Shown: positions 25,706 through 38,596 of the stretch, piece after piece
Layout of the letters: every line of letters starts with the position of its first letter
Position numbering within the stretch: the first letter of the stretch is position 1
Assembly: GCF_009914755.1 (NCBI RefSeq)
Contig: NC_060929.1
DNA: 64,000 nt
Reading direction: 5' to 3' (one strand)
From: the human T2T-CHM13v2.0 reference genome, Homo sapiens
The notes under the pieces: model-generated
What the model was told of the DNA's origin: nothing
Databases searched by the model: none
Seen by the model: the letters and a program-made list of their open reading frames with translations, nothing else
Translations under genes and position numbers: made by a program

Positions 25706-26307
25706 ACATATTTCTGTATTTTCTGATGAGCAAAAATAAGTCGGAAAAGTATTCATATCTTTATGAGAACATTTGTGTGTAAAATTTAATGCACAAAAAA
25801 AATCATTATATATTGTTTAATCCTACCAGGCAGGTAAGTGGATAAGGCTTTTATGGGGGAATACTGCATTATGAGTAAGATAAGAGATAAGTAATACCTG
25901 ATAGCCATTAGTGTTTTTGCAGAAAATGTGAGTGTGTGACCTAAGAAAAATGTTTTGCGTGCAAATTTGGTAGCAACTTCTTTCAGTTGCAATATAGTTT
26001 CTATTTATTTAAGTAGTCCTACTGAGAAATGAGCTGCTATGTGCCTGTCCTTATCAGAAAACACTACATCTTGGGCTCTACCAGGAAACAGAAGACTATT
26101 TATTAGTACCAAAGAAAGGTACTAATGATTTCAGATTGAAGTAGTACAATAAGTGGTCCATTAAATGCTCTTGAATTTACGTGCTTTCATTTTATTGCTG
26201 TTATTTCATTAACTCCTTGATGGACACTTGTTTTGGAAAAAATCATCTTCTCAATGCAAATCCTGGGACTGCTTCTCCTTGAGGTCATTCAAACTCCGTG
26301 TTACTCA

Positions 26308-26498
26308 TTTTCTATCTTCTTGGTAGCATCATAGTGCCTTGCATGTTAAAGGTATCCCATACATGTATTTTAGAACAAAGAAATGAATAAACAAAGGACA
26401 TTTAATCTTATTTTACATATTTAGGAATAGGGATCTTTGATAAGCTTATTTTCTTTGAAACTCAATGAAGTCATGGAATACTACACTTCTACAAATCC
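26308..26498 (+). repeat. Donor copy of the ~190-bp direct duplication (L2 tail plus unique flank)
   Basis: Colinear with 24484-24668. Confidence 0.9.
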
Positions 26499-27020
26499 TT
26501 TAATGTAGGAGTCAGTGGGAAACGTGCATATCTACTGAGGATCATGAAGGCCAATACACTGCACTAAAATATTGAGGGACACAAAGAACCCTTTTATTGC
26601 CTGCACTGCAAATTCATCTGTTTCTGCAATAGATTTCTGTGAATAGATGATGGGCTGTACTATATTTTAATTCCTTGCTTCTGGCAGGTTCCAACACACA
26701 GGGGTAAGAGGATGAAACAATAGTAGACAGCTATAATTATTTGGTTAGGGATTGCATAGGGTAATATTCAATGTCCCTCAGGAAATTGGCACAACACAAT
26801 ATAATTGGCTTTATTTTATTGTTTGTAATGTTCATGTTTCCCCAAGTCAGCTGTGCTTTATTTGATTGCACTGAGACCAAAAATATTTAAAGTATTTGTT
26901 GACAGAGAAGGTGAACAAGCTATTACTCTGTATGAGTGGGTAGCTTGAAGTGTTCACATCTCTAGTTTTGCCAAGTGTTTATATTACAGATATGTTGAAA
27001 ACCACTGGGGGGGACAAGGA

Positions 27021-27205
27021 CAGTCTTTCTCAAATTTGAGCATAAATGAGAATCACTTGGAGTATTTGTTAAAATTCAAGATTCTTAGGCCTTATTTCCA
27101 TAGATTCTGATTCCAGAGGATCAAAGCATGCAAAAGATATTGAATCTCTAACAAGCTCCCAAACAATGGTGGTTCACACACCACAGTCTTTGTAACACCA
27201 CACTA
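27021..27205. mobile_element. MER5-like hAT-Charlie element
   Basis: CAGTCTTTCTCAAATTTGAGCATAAATGAGAATCACTTGGAGTATTTGTTAAAA...AGATTCTGATTC. Confidence 0.7.
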
Positions 27206-27627
27206 GGCTGACCAGTTAGTAGAGATAGGGGCTGCTGGTCACACATGTGGATGAAGTTAGGTGGAAATCAGCTGGAAGCCTGAGCTGCGGTCAGGGCAGG
27301 AAGGCCTGCATCTTCCCCAGGAAGAAACTGCGACTTCTCTGAAGACAGATGATGAATGTGAAGCTAATTATATGGGAGTTGACTCAGAGGATAATGGAGA
27401 TGATTTATGGAAAGTTGTGCTACAAAACTGGGTGGAAATACGAAAACAGCAGTGAGGTGATGACGTGCGTGGGACGTCAGACCAGAGCCAAAAATTTCTT
27501 TTATTGCATCTGAACATTTGAGCGTTTTGTCCTGGGGAGACAACCAATTGCCATTAATGTTGGAAAACAAAATTATCTGATGCTTTTAGACAGACTATGT
27601 GAAGTGTAAATGAATCATGGTGATAGT

Positions 27628-28185
27628 TGTGGCAGACTCTCCAAGTTGCTTTCCCAATGTCTTTTCACCCCTTTACCAACAGAACCACCATATCATATCA
27701 ATTGGAAACAAATGAGAATTGGTTTTACGCACTGATGACACTAACAATGGGGGTAGGCCTTACTGAGCTTGGCAATTTGCCCAGTTATAAAATTTGATTC
27801 CTCAGCCTCCTTTAAAGCTGCATAGATCTGCATGACAGAGTTCTAGCAAGTGAGAGATAACCAGAGCTCTACTAAGCAGGCTTCTGGGAATCTATTGTTT
27901 TCCTGACTTAAGGAAATGAAAGGGCAGACTTAGCTGCATTGCACCCTTTGCTATTTCCTCTCCCTCCTTTCCTGGAATGTAGTTGTAAGGCCTGGGTGTG
28001 TAGGAGCCATCCTGAAAGCATTAGGACAAAAGCCAAATGAAAAGATGGAGGGAGCCTGGGACTTCCATACTAGCCCCGGGCTGCCTACCCCAGACTCCTG
28101 TTGCCTAGGAAGAGTATATTAATTTGCTTAAGCAGCTGCTTTTGTGTGCCTGTTATATGGAGCCATACAAAATTCCTAACAGATG
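27628..28185 (+). mobile_element. MLT1J-like MaLR LTR
   Basis: TGTGGCAGAC start; TTCCTCAGCCTCCTTTAAAGCT; GGAGCCATCCTG; TTGCTTAAGCAGCTG...ATTCCTAACAGAT end. Confidence 0.65.
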
Positions 28186-29393
28186 AAATGGATATGATTT
28201 GTTAAGAATTTACTACATGCTAGCCACTTTTCTAAAAGTTGTATATATATTATATATCATTGAATTCTGACAGTGGCCCCGTGAGATATATCGTTCTATT
28301 TTACCAAAAGCTCTAAGAAGAATCAATAGCATTTTAAAATGGACTTTTAATAATGCCAGGGTAAATTTCTGTGTGTAAGTTTAAATTTTATTTACTTTAA
28401 CCTGACTTAACTCCTCTCCTAAGATAGTCTCTTGGCACTTATTTTACACATAATGTATTTTATGGTGATTATATTCTATGCCTCTTATATGGACTTGAAA
28501 TTATTAATATTCATCCTCCATTGGGCTCAAAAACAGGTGAAGTTTACTACCAAAAACAAAGAAACAAACAAAACCCAGTTTTGATTCTTGTAACTTGGGT
28601 GTAAACTATGGAGAGAATCTGGGTTGAGTAGACTTGACCTCATTGTAGATGCTGTAAGTATGATATATAACATAGCTTACCCATGCATGTCCTGAAATTA
28701 ATATTATATTCTAGTGGTCTGGACAGTTTCATTATTTTTGTATTGCAATTGCCCATGTTAAAAATCTGTCTGTGCTGTCATGTTCCTTCCTTTCCTCTTC
28801 AGAGAAAAGTGATTAGAACATTAAGTGGAGCAAACTGACCTGACCCTCAGAGATAAATAAAGGAATAAATTAGCTTGCAAAGAAATGGTTCACACTATCT
28901 AGAATTTATTTGCAGCTTAAATGTGAGGGTGGGAGGTTAGGGTCTTGGGAGACAAATTGAGAATCTAGCTTTAAATTAGATTTAATATCAGACTGAAATT
29001 CTAGTCAATTATCCTCAAAATAACTGAAAATTTCTGTGGCACTCAGTGTTCCACAAAATCATTATTAAAGCCCAACCAATGGTTTTCATGAGTCCCACAG
29101 CCTAGTCCCCTATATGGAGATCACAGAGTTTTCAAATCCTGTCTTCTGAGTCCACATTAGGTATATTTGAGGCATAATCAGGGTCAAATCAGAGAATCAC
29201 CAAAATTTAAAGACCTCATAGTATCTAGTTTAAGGTAATAATTTAGAAATGAAAATAATATAGCTGAGAGGTAGAAGTCACCCCTCCACTTAATGTTCTA
29301 ATCATTTTTTTTTCTAGTACCTAAGCCAAAAATAGAGTTAGGGGCTCCTACGTCTTAATTTCTAGTCACTCATGGTCTCCCATGAAAGATTCC

Positions 29394-29746
29394 TGCCATA
29401 ATCAGTTTGGCTGCTACAACAAAATACCATAGACTGGGTGGCTTACGCAACAGACATTTATTGCTCACAGTTCTAGGGGCTTGGAAGTCCAAGATCAAGG
29501 TGCCAGCTGATTCAGTTCCTGGAAAGGACTCTCTTCCTGGCTTACAGTTGGAGATGGCCATCTTCTTGCTGCATACAGAGGAAGAGGGAGAGAGCTATCT
29601 CATGTCTCTTCTTATAAGGGCACTAATCCCATCATGAGGGCTCCACCCCCACAACCTAATTACCTCCTGAAGGCCTCCAAATACTATTACATTGAGAGTC
29701 AGGGCTCAAAATATGAATTTTGGGGGGACAAAATTTAGCCATAGCA
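29394..29746 (-). mobile_element. MLT1A/A0 solo LTR
   Basis: GGCTGCTACAACAAAATACCATAGACTGGGTGGCTTA...CCATAGCA; near-TSD ATTCC/ATTTC. Confidence 0.88.
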
Positions 29747-30137
29747 ATTTCCCTAGTATTTTTTTCATATTCTAAGTCTCACTAGATGGGTATAATTACA
29801 AGCAATGAGTAACTTTCAAATGTGTCCTGTGTTTTTGCTAAAACCAAATCCCTATCCCAAATGTGGTCACATATGGTATCATTTCCCATCAAGAAAAATG
29901 TAGAAAATACCCCTGTTGAGATGCAACCTCATGTTCAAAGAGCCTGCTGCCCAGGTCACACCAGACCACACCCAGAGACTAATACAACGTGGAAAAGAGT
30001 GAGCCCAGAGGGATGGGCTAAGCTTACATCCAACCCACTTCCCAACAACCTCCGTCAGCCTCAAATTCAAGGTAACACTAACAGTGATGGTGTAAATCCC
30101 AGTTCCAAGGTCAGCCAGTGGCTCCTTAGAGGCAGTA

Positions 30138-30332
30138 GACAGAAGGCAGTAGTTTAGGTGTGCACTAGTGCAGCTGAGATCACATGCCGGCTCCACTAGT
30201 AACTCGTTTTTAAATTTGTTTTGAGAAAGTCACTTATTGTCTCTGTGCTTTGGATTTTTTCATCTGTAAAACAGATCTAACAATATTAACTCCATAGAGT
30301 TAAAAGGATCAAATGAATGACTCATGTAAGTG
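30138..30332 (+). mobile_element. MIR
   Basis: AAGTCACTTATTGTCTCTGTGCTTTGGATTTTTCATCTGTAAAA. Confidence 0.7.
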
Positions 30333-31764
30333 TGATCCCAGCTTGAAACTAGCACTGAGTCTGTTAGAATCCTAAATGCAGGCAAGACCAAGGCTCAAGA
30401 CAACCAAGAACTCATCATCCAGTTCCCATCAAAGATGAACTCTTCACATATCTTTTCCTTAACCAATGCTTTTTCCATGGATGGATTTGGTGACTTCTGA
30501 ATAGTTTAATCTTGTTTCGCTCTCATTCCCGTTTGTTTTGAAGATCTGGAGAGTAGGCAATACTCAGCCATTTTCACCATCTGCATGAATATTTTCTTAT
30601 TGATGCACGTGTCTATAAATCATTCTGTGTGCCTTTCTCCATATTCTGAGAATTGCCTGTATTTGAGGGTGGAGGTCATTGAGTCTTTGGGGAATCTGAT
30701 AGTAGCAGTTCTTATTCTCTCTCCCACCAACACTACTACCACATACATATCTGAACAATTGACATACGATCTTAGAGGCCCAGCACTTCCTGATGCCTTC
30801 ATGGACCCTCTGGAAAAGTCTGTAGTGATAAAGTCTTCTATTCTATGCCTACATACGCTTCTTAAAATAAAGACGGTCTCCAAAGGATAGTTTTTTTTTT
30901 TAATTTAAGCTTTGGCTCATATATAATTTAAGAAAAAAATTTGTGAAAGAACATAAGTGATTTGTGCTCAACATCTAAAGAAAAGACACATTTCTCTTCA
31001 ACTATCTTTTCCTTTTTGGTGATTTTGGACTTCCTGGGCTATGCTGAATGTGATAATATTCTAAGCTAGCCAAATCTCTCTTAAGGACCTGCCAATTTTC
31101 AAAGCAAAGTTATGTAATTATGTATTTCCAACAGAAGAAAAAGTTAAGGTGCATATGAAAACATGCTGAAAAGTGTGGAAATGTTATCAAAGACAAATTA
31201 TACATTTATCACTTCAAAATCCAGACAGTATAGAACTGCAGTGCTTATTTGTTTAGACTGTCCGCCCGAAGTGTAACTGTTAAAGTACATTAAGCAGAGG
31301 CCTTATGTCTGCTTTGGATGACAGCTGGGACATTTTTATTTCATAGACTGCATAACAGAACCTGGCCAACTTCAAGGTCAAAGTCAGAAATCATGATCTC
31401 ATTTCCACTATTGACTCAGACTTGCCCTTATTTATGACTTACAGAGCTCACTCCATGTGCCATATCTAGTCAGTATGCAATGAGATCTGTGAAATCAAAC
31501 TCATGTCAAACCCCTGGCCATCATATGTTTTTCAGGTAGGCAGTTGGAGTAGGGGATAACTGGATTCTTGTTTCTATTTGGGCAAGTCACAACTTCTGTG
31601 GGCCCCAGTTTATTTTTCTGTAAAGTGGCCAGATTGAATTACTTACCTCTCAGGTCCCAGGTGATGCTCTTCCTGATCTTCCTAATGATTTATCATCATG
31701 GCTGATGATTGATTGCCTGTTGTTTCTTTTCCCAAAGATAATAATAATTGTCAAAAGCCTGAGA

Positions 31765-31975
31765 TGTATCAATACCAGGCACTGATCAAAGCACGCTATG
31801 TTTTTAAAAAAATTCTCACAACAACCTTATGTCATAGGTGCTCTCATTCTCCCCCCACTTTGAAATATGAAAAAAACCTGCAGATCAGGGAAGTTCAATA
31901 ATGTGCTCAAGGTCATACAGTTGGCAAGAGGCACAGTGAGGCTTCAAAACGAAGGCTGTCTCGTTCCAGAGCCAG
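31765..31975 (-). mobile_element. MIR
   Basis: AATTCTCACAACAACCTTATG...TGCTCAAGGTCATACAG. Confidence 0.7.
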
Positions 31976-33189
31976 CACAAATAATGACTCTACTGTTGAA
32001 GCAAAGCAATAATTGTTTCTAGTTAGGATTCTTACATCAACTTGCGTATTTTCCAGTGTATTTTCTTGGATTTGAGACATTTAACCAAAATTTACACACT
32101 TTGGACTGGAACCATAAAAAAAAATTGTGCCCCTAAAAATCACCTGATATAATTAATTCCCCTGTCAAGCATATCTGCTTTTAACTAAGTCCTTCCCATG
32201 TCTCCATATCAGCTTTCTGTTACAGATACATTGATTGCTGGCTGCATAGGGTTTCAAAACAAAATATAATTTGAACTGGAAAGTTTCGGTTGTTATTTAT
32301 GTGACCAAACTTTGAGGTTGCACTTTTCATTCAGCTTTTAGGTGTGCTGATAGCCAAGATCTTTGCAAGTTCATTTTTTATAAGAAATAGGCTACTAGCA
32401 AAATACAAGTTTATTTAGAAATACTGAGAATATACTGCTTCCACCAGGAGAAAGGCTAAGATACTAAACTGAATTAAAATACACGTAAACAATGACATGA
32501 TACATAAGAAAAGTTCTAGAAAAAAAACTTTAATTTTAAATAAGAATTACTTATATACCAATCAGGTACTCTTCATTCATCTTTTCAGCTTGGCATATTA
32601 TAAACTAGGGGCCATCATCCCAGAATTTTATAGTAAATATACTTTTAAGATGTCTCACTATAGAGCTTTCAAGAGGGGTTACTAACGAAAACAAAACATA
32701 CTAAAAGTAGACTGTTTCAATGTTTTCTGGATAATGGGATAAAGTAAAAACAGCATTTGGATGAGGGGTCAGGAGTATGATGTCTCTCTTTGGAAGGACC
32801 CAAGAACTGCAGAAACGGCACACTAAGCAAGGGGCACAGGTGATCCCCTGGGGTTAGACAAACACGGGAACCACTGCCCTGCTCCACAGCACTCTCTCCT
32901 TTAGACTCTAAGCTCTTCAGCGGGGTCATGGACCTCTAATGCAGTGGAATACACAACAGTTTAGTCAACTTCATACCTGCACTGTTAACTTGCCAAACTA
33001 TTTCCTTGAGGCTCACTTATCTCACCTGTAAAATGAGGAGATGGGACTGGATGGTTCTCGAAGGTCATATCTATGTCCAGCATTCCCATCTTCAGTCTAA
33101 AATTATGTGAGGAATTAAACTCTGAAAGGTGTCTTTGTCGTGTATCATTCTAATTCATGCCTCTTATTGAAGGACTTCTGGTTGGTTGG

Positions 33190-33345
33190 TTGTTTTTTCC
33201 AGCTGTATTGAGATATAATTGACAAATAAAAGTTGTATATATTCAAGGTATACATGATAATGTGATATACATAAGCCTTATGAAATGATTATTCAGCAAT
33301 AAAAAGGAAGAAAATTCTGCCATTTGTGACAACCTAGATAACCTT
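33190..33345 (-). mobile_element. Short L1MA/MB 3' end with inverted internal piece
   Basis: Minus-strand L1 terminus (CCAGCTGTATTGAGATATAATTGACAAATAAAA) joined to the plus-strand L1 segment TTCAGCAATAAAAAGGAAGAAAATTCTGCCATTTGTGACAAC. Confidence 0.7.
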
Positions 33346-34019
33346 TGTTTTTACCATTAGCTCTCTTTTAAGTCAGTGGGTACTCTGAGAAAACATAACC
33401 TACTTAGTTTCGAATAATGCTCTGTGGGTCTTCTATCCTGCATCAGCCACATTTATATGCTAGGAGAAGAATAAACTATATATAATGGTTGTCATTTGTT
33501 AAAGTCTACCCCATTTCAGTTATTCAGTTGTTCTTGTCTTTACTTTTCTCTCTAAGGATATTCCAAAAATATATGTTAGTATTTAATTCTGGTAAACAGA
33601 TCAGATTCTTGGAGTTGGGTTTTGTTGGGGTGAGGGGAATTGGCAGGGCAGAGAGGATTACTAAAATAAAATACACACTTTCAAAAGTGTTTATTGTGTT
33701 CTAGGCATTAGGCAAGGTGCTCTGCATGAAGAAACCTATTTAGTGAGTAGACTAGCCTTGGAAAAACCCACAACCCTTAAAACATGTTCTATGGGTTCCC
33801 TCTGTCCTGCCCCTGCATCATTCAGCACCACAGATTCTTTGAGTAATTTCAGATATTACAGTAATTTCACTTTAAGGTATTAAAAAGTCCAACCTGATCC
33901 AAAACAAAATTTTCATCAGAGACCCAATTCAAAGTTTCTTCCCCATCAAGCCTGGTCCAATTTGGAAACTGTAGGGGGAAAGTGGGGAGCGGTTTCTTTC
34001 TTCTTCTCAACGAACTAGT

Positions 34020-34022
<3 letters not shown>

Positions 34023-34060
<38 letters not shown>
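34023..34060. repeat. (AC)19 microsatellite
   Basis: Direct reading. Confidence 0.98.
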
Positions 34061-34065
<5 letters not shown>

Positions 34066-36795
34066 ATTTTCAATCCTCATTTATGACAATCTCTTAAAGT
34101 AGGCTTGACTGTTCCCATTTTATAGAAACTACAACTAAAAAGACATCATACATTTTATAGGGTTTGACCCAAGGATTTTAAAGCAGATTGTTTCCACTGC
34201 CCTCTTTTACCTCTCAAAATGTCAGTTACCCACATGGTTGACGTGTGTGGTGTGAATGTGGTGGTTGGATTTGCTTCTCTTAAATTACGTTTCCCAATGA
34301 AAAAGGATCAAATAGTTTAGTTATGTTGAAATACTTTTTGTGTATCTGCATGTGTTTGATGAGGCACAAGGCTGTTTCACCCTGAACATGCCTCTCATAA
34401 CTCAGAGGTATCCAGGATTGATGCAGAGGATGGCTGTGACTCCTGCGGTAAAATGTAGATACTTTGTCCAGCACCAGCACATGCACATAAGAAACATAGA
34501 GAAATATATGTCATATATAGAAATCATTTTGTAGATGACATAAATCAATCAATAATTGTTAAAGTACATTTAGTGGATTAGGAAGCAGCACAATGATAGT
34601 ACAGGCAAGTTGCAGAATAGATAAGAGTAAGTTTGGGAGGATACAAGGTGTTGGCATTTTTCAGAATAAAATCCGACTCATAAATATTTGAAGGACTCTA
34701 GAAAGGGAATATAGAAATGGTATATTGAGATCAGAATTGAAAGTGAGGTAATTTCATGTGTGTGATGTTTATTATTTAGTGAGAGCAATGAGTATTTGAA
34801 TGTTCTATGTGAATCATCCCTGTGAGTATTACACAAAGATTTAGACTTCGAGGCATCATTTCTCTCACTCTTCAGGAACTAGATTTAGAGCTTGAGTCAT
34901 TGCTTTATATTTTTGAAGTATATATTAATATGTTTTTTAGTAAATCCAGTGATTCCTGGGTTTTTAATTGAAAGCTAAGTATTATGGTGGGATATAAACC
35001 AACCAATTTCTAATGGATGCCACTTGGAAAGTTTTTCTTTCTCCTACAGAAGAGAAAGCAGTGGGAAATGGCATATAATGCCAAGAAATCATGTTTCCTG
35101 CTTAATCCATGTGAAAAGTATATGGATGACTGTCAAAAAGATCTGTTCAACTACAAATGGAGTACAGATGACCATGTGGTCAATACAATACAATAATGCA
35201 ATATTTAATACTGTAATACAGTTTCCAATAGTATGAAGTTGAAATAGGTGTTGAGATGCTTTAAATTGAATAATACAGTGTATTTTAAGTGCATAGAGGT
35301 CTTTCTTACAAAGAAAGTGCACGGAAAACTTTAGAAGGTAAAGACACAAAGTATAAGATGTATCTTGTGTTGGTCTTTAGAAATTTGAATTCTCTTTCAA
35401 GCTAGGACAAGTCTTGAGATGAAACATACATTAAAAAAAAAAAGGTCTTTATAAACCTGAAGTCTAACTCAATCCTGAGTCACATGATAGACAACCAAAA
35501 GCACCATGACTTTATGCACCTCCATTTGTTTCCCTGAAGCTCAGAGGATCCCTCTGAATGCATTCCTCAGACCTCGTGGTGAATCCAGCACCTTGAGGAT
35601 CATATTGAAGTTTTTAAACTGAGCCTAAAAACTCCATTACTACAGCTTAGGCTTTTCTTTTCCTAAGTACTTTTCTCATGCTCCCCGCAGGCAAGATTTG
35701 CTGCAAGCACAAACCTGTCTCAGGCTCAATATCTACCTTTCTGAAAAACATTTTTTATGAAAATGGCTTTGTGTCCATCTCGTATCCTGTTATTTTCAGC
35801 TCATTGAGACATGGCATTGAATATATCTCTTACATGGCATTGCATATATCTCTAAAAAGAGAAACATTTTTTCTCCACACCTAATTTTCTTCACCTCTAT
35901 CAATTCTTCCTTGGCTATACCTTTACTTAACTCCTATGTCTGCAAGGCTTTTGAAGTTCCTTTGCAAAGATCCATTTTAAACTTTCTGTATATTGTAATT
36001 TAAGTTTTCTGTTTCTTTCTCCCATCTGCTAGTCAAATTTTCTTCTCAGCAGAAAACCTCACCATTGCTTCATTTCCACACATGGAAGGCATTCAAGCAT
36101 AGCAACTGGGAGTCACAGTTGTACTGAAATGAGAAGGAAATGTGCTTCCCAACACAGCGTCAGCATCTCCAACCAGAGGCCATTTGTCTTTTTTTTTTTT
36201 TTTTTTTTTTTGGCTTTTCAGCAAATGACTGCTAAAGGAAAGTCTCTCAAAACCCAAATCAGTAGCACTCCAACCCTTGTTGCACAAAGCATTACATTGG
36301 ATCATGGAAGGGTTAAGATTTCTATTAAAAATGTTTCTCATGGTGAATCTGAGATGAATGTATCTTCTAAGCTTGCTATGATTCTTCCCCAGCCTTCTCA
36401 TTTCCTACTCATTGACTCCTCTGTTGGCGTCAGCTTTCCCCTCTGGTCTCCTGGGTGGGTTCCTTTCCATTCTGCTCAAGTCTAGCTCTTTCAGCAGGCC
36501 CCAGCTGGCCCACCAAATTCCTTGTGCAGCCTTACCCTGTGGCACTGTGGAAGGGCAGGGCTTTCCTGGCACAGCTTGGCTCTTTGCTGCCCCAGGAAGC
36601 TTCCTCCCATCAGCCTTTTGCCCTTAGACTCATTTCGAAGAAAAAGTCCCTGTATTTCCCCAAATCCCAGAGGACATAAGTCACGCTTTCTGAGGGGTTC
36701 TCTGAAGCCTCCCTTATTCAAACTCTGTCAAGGACCAAGGAAATTCTGTAACATTCAGACAACCTTCTCTCTAAACTCTAAAGAACCTATAGCTG

Positions 36796-37099
<304 letters not shown>

Positions 37100-37480
37100 C
37101 TATTGCCACCCCAAATTCTCAACACATGCTAGACTGGACTGGCAAGGGTTGAGAATTCAGACTGGAGGTGCGGGGTGGTAGGGGAGGTGGGTTGGTCTTG
37201 GCAGAGTTCAGTTTTGATCACCCCCTTAGCATGTCCTGCATTGATGACCTGGCAGCTTCATTAGCATGTGAGGATATTTGACACCTGTTTTCCTCAGCTT
37301 TGGGACCTCAGCTGAAATTTCAAAACAGGAAGTTTCATTTTGTTTGTTTTGTTTTACATTGTTTTGTTTTGTTTTCCTTTGTCATGCAGACTTTTTTTAA
37401 AAAAAGTTTTAGGTACTCAAAATTATCAATGTATTTTCTGGCTTCTAGATTTTATGTTTGCTTAGAACGGCCTTTCCCAC

Positions 37481-37925
37481 TCTATTTTAGTTTACTGGGG
37501 TTATTGTTAAAAAGTACCATGAACTGGGTGACTTAAGCAACAGAAATTTATTGCCTCACTCTTCTAGAGGCCAGAATCTGAAATTATGGGGTTATCAGGG
37601 GCGTGCTCCCTCTTAAGCCTCTAGGGAAGGATCTCTTCCAGGCCTGCCTCCTCGCTTCTGTTATTCTGTGGCTTGAGGCAGCATAACTCCAGTCTTCACG
37701 TGGTGTTCTCCCAATGTGCATGTCTGTGTCTAAATTTCCTTTTTTTATAAAGACACTAGTCATATTGGATTAAGGACCCATCCTACTTAGATATAACATC
37801 ATTCTAACTTAACAAATTATATTCATAACGACCTCACTTCAAAATAGGGTTATATTCTGAGGCACTGGCAACTAGGATTTGAGCATATAAATTTCGGGGA
37901 GTGGGCACAAGACAATCTATACACA
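37481..37925 (-). mobile_element. MLT1B/C-like LTR inside an old L1M fragment
   Basis: AAAGTACCATGAACTGGGTGACTTAAGCAACAGAAATTTATTG...AAGACACTAGTCATATTGGATTAAGGACCCA. Confidence 0.82.
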
Positions 37926-38545
37926 CTCTACTAAACACACTGTCCTGGCTTTCTTATAAGTCTTTTGGATAGCTAGCTAACTAGATAGATAATTTTTGTT
38001 GTTTTAGTTTGTTTATTTTCCTCATCTGAAGTTCACCTGAAATTTACTTGGTCTAAGGAATAAGACAGGGGGAAGAATGCACATGGATATTTTACTGAAT
38101 AGTTAGTGCTAATTATAGTGTTTTATCCATTATATTATTCTCTCCAGAGCCTAGCAAAATGATTGATACCCAATAAATAAATATAAAAATGTTGACACCA
38201 TGCTCAATAAATTTCTTTAAGATTGAATCACATCACTTACCAGGTAACTGAATTGTTAAGTTTATAACTAGAAGATAGCTTGTTTATTTGAACTGATAGC
38301 GGCTATCTAGAAATTTGATCACAGGTAGTGAAGATATCCTAGAGAATTGACAAAGCCTATAGCTGCAGTGATCTGAAAGGATATTGGGTTAAAAAAATAC
38401 TAACATTTTCTGTTTATTGAAGGAAATGAATACAGTTCCTGTGACATATCTTTTGTACCAGCACAGAGGACAGGGTAATGACCTAGAATCAAAGAATGAT
38501 TTATAAAACAGAGCTCTTCTTTTACTGGCAGGTAGTAGCTAGATT

Positions 38546-38549
<4 letters not shown>

Positions 38550-38578
<29 letters not shown>

Positions 38579-38596
38579 ATGCGTGTGTGTGTGTGT
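38550..38596. repeat. Interrupted (TG)n microsatellite
   Basis: Direct reading. Confidence 0.97.

Noticed and set aside
29822-30196. Opposite-strand 111-aa and 105-aa ORFs
   Set aside because: Non-ATG starts, no recognisable domain, and they overlap a MIR; consistent with chance.
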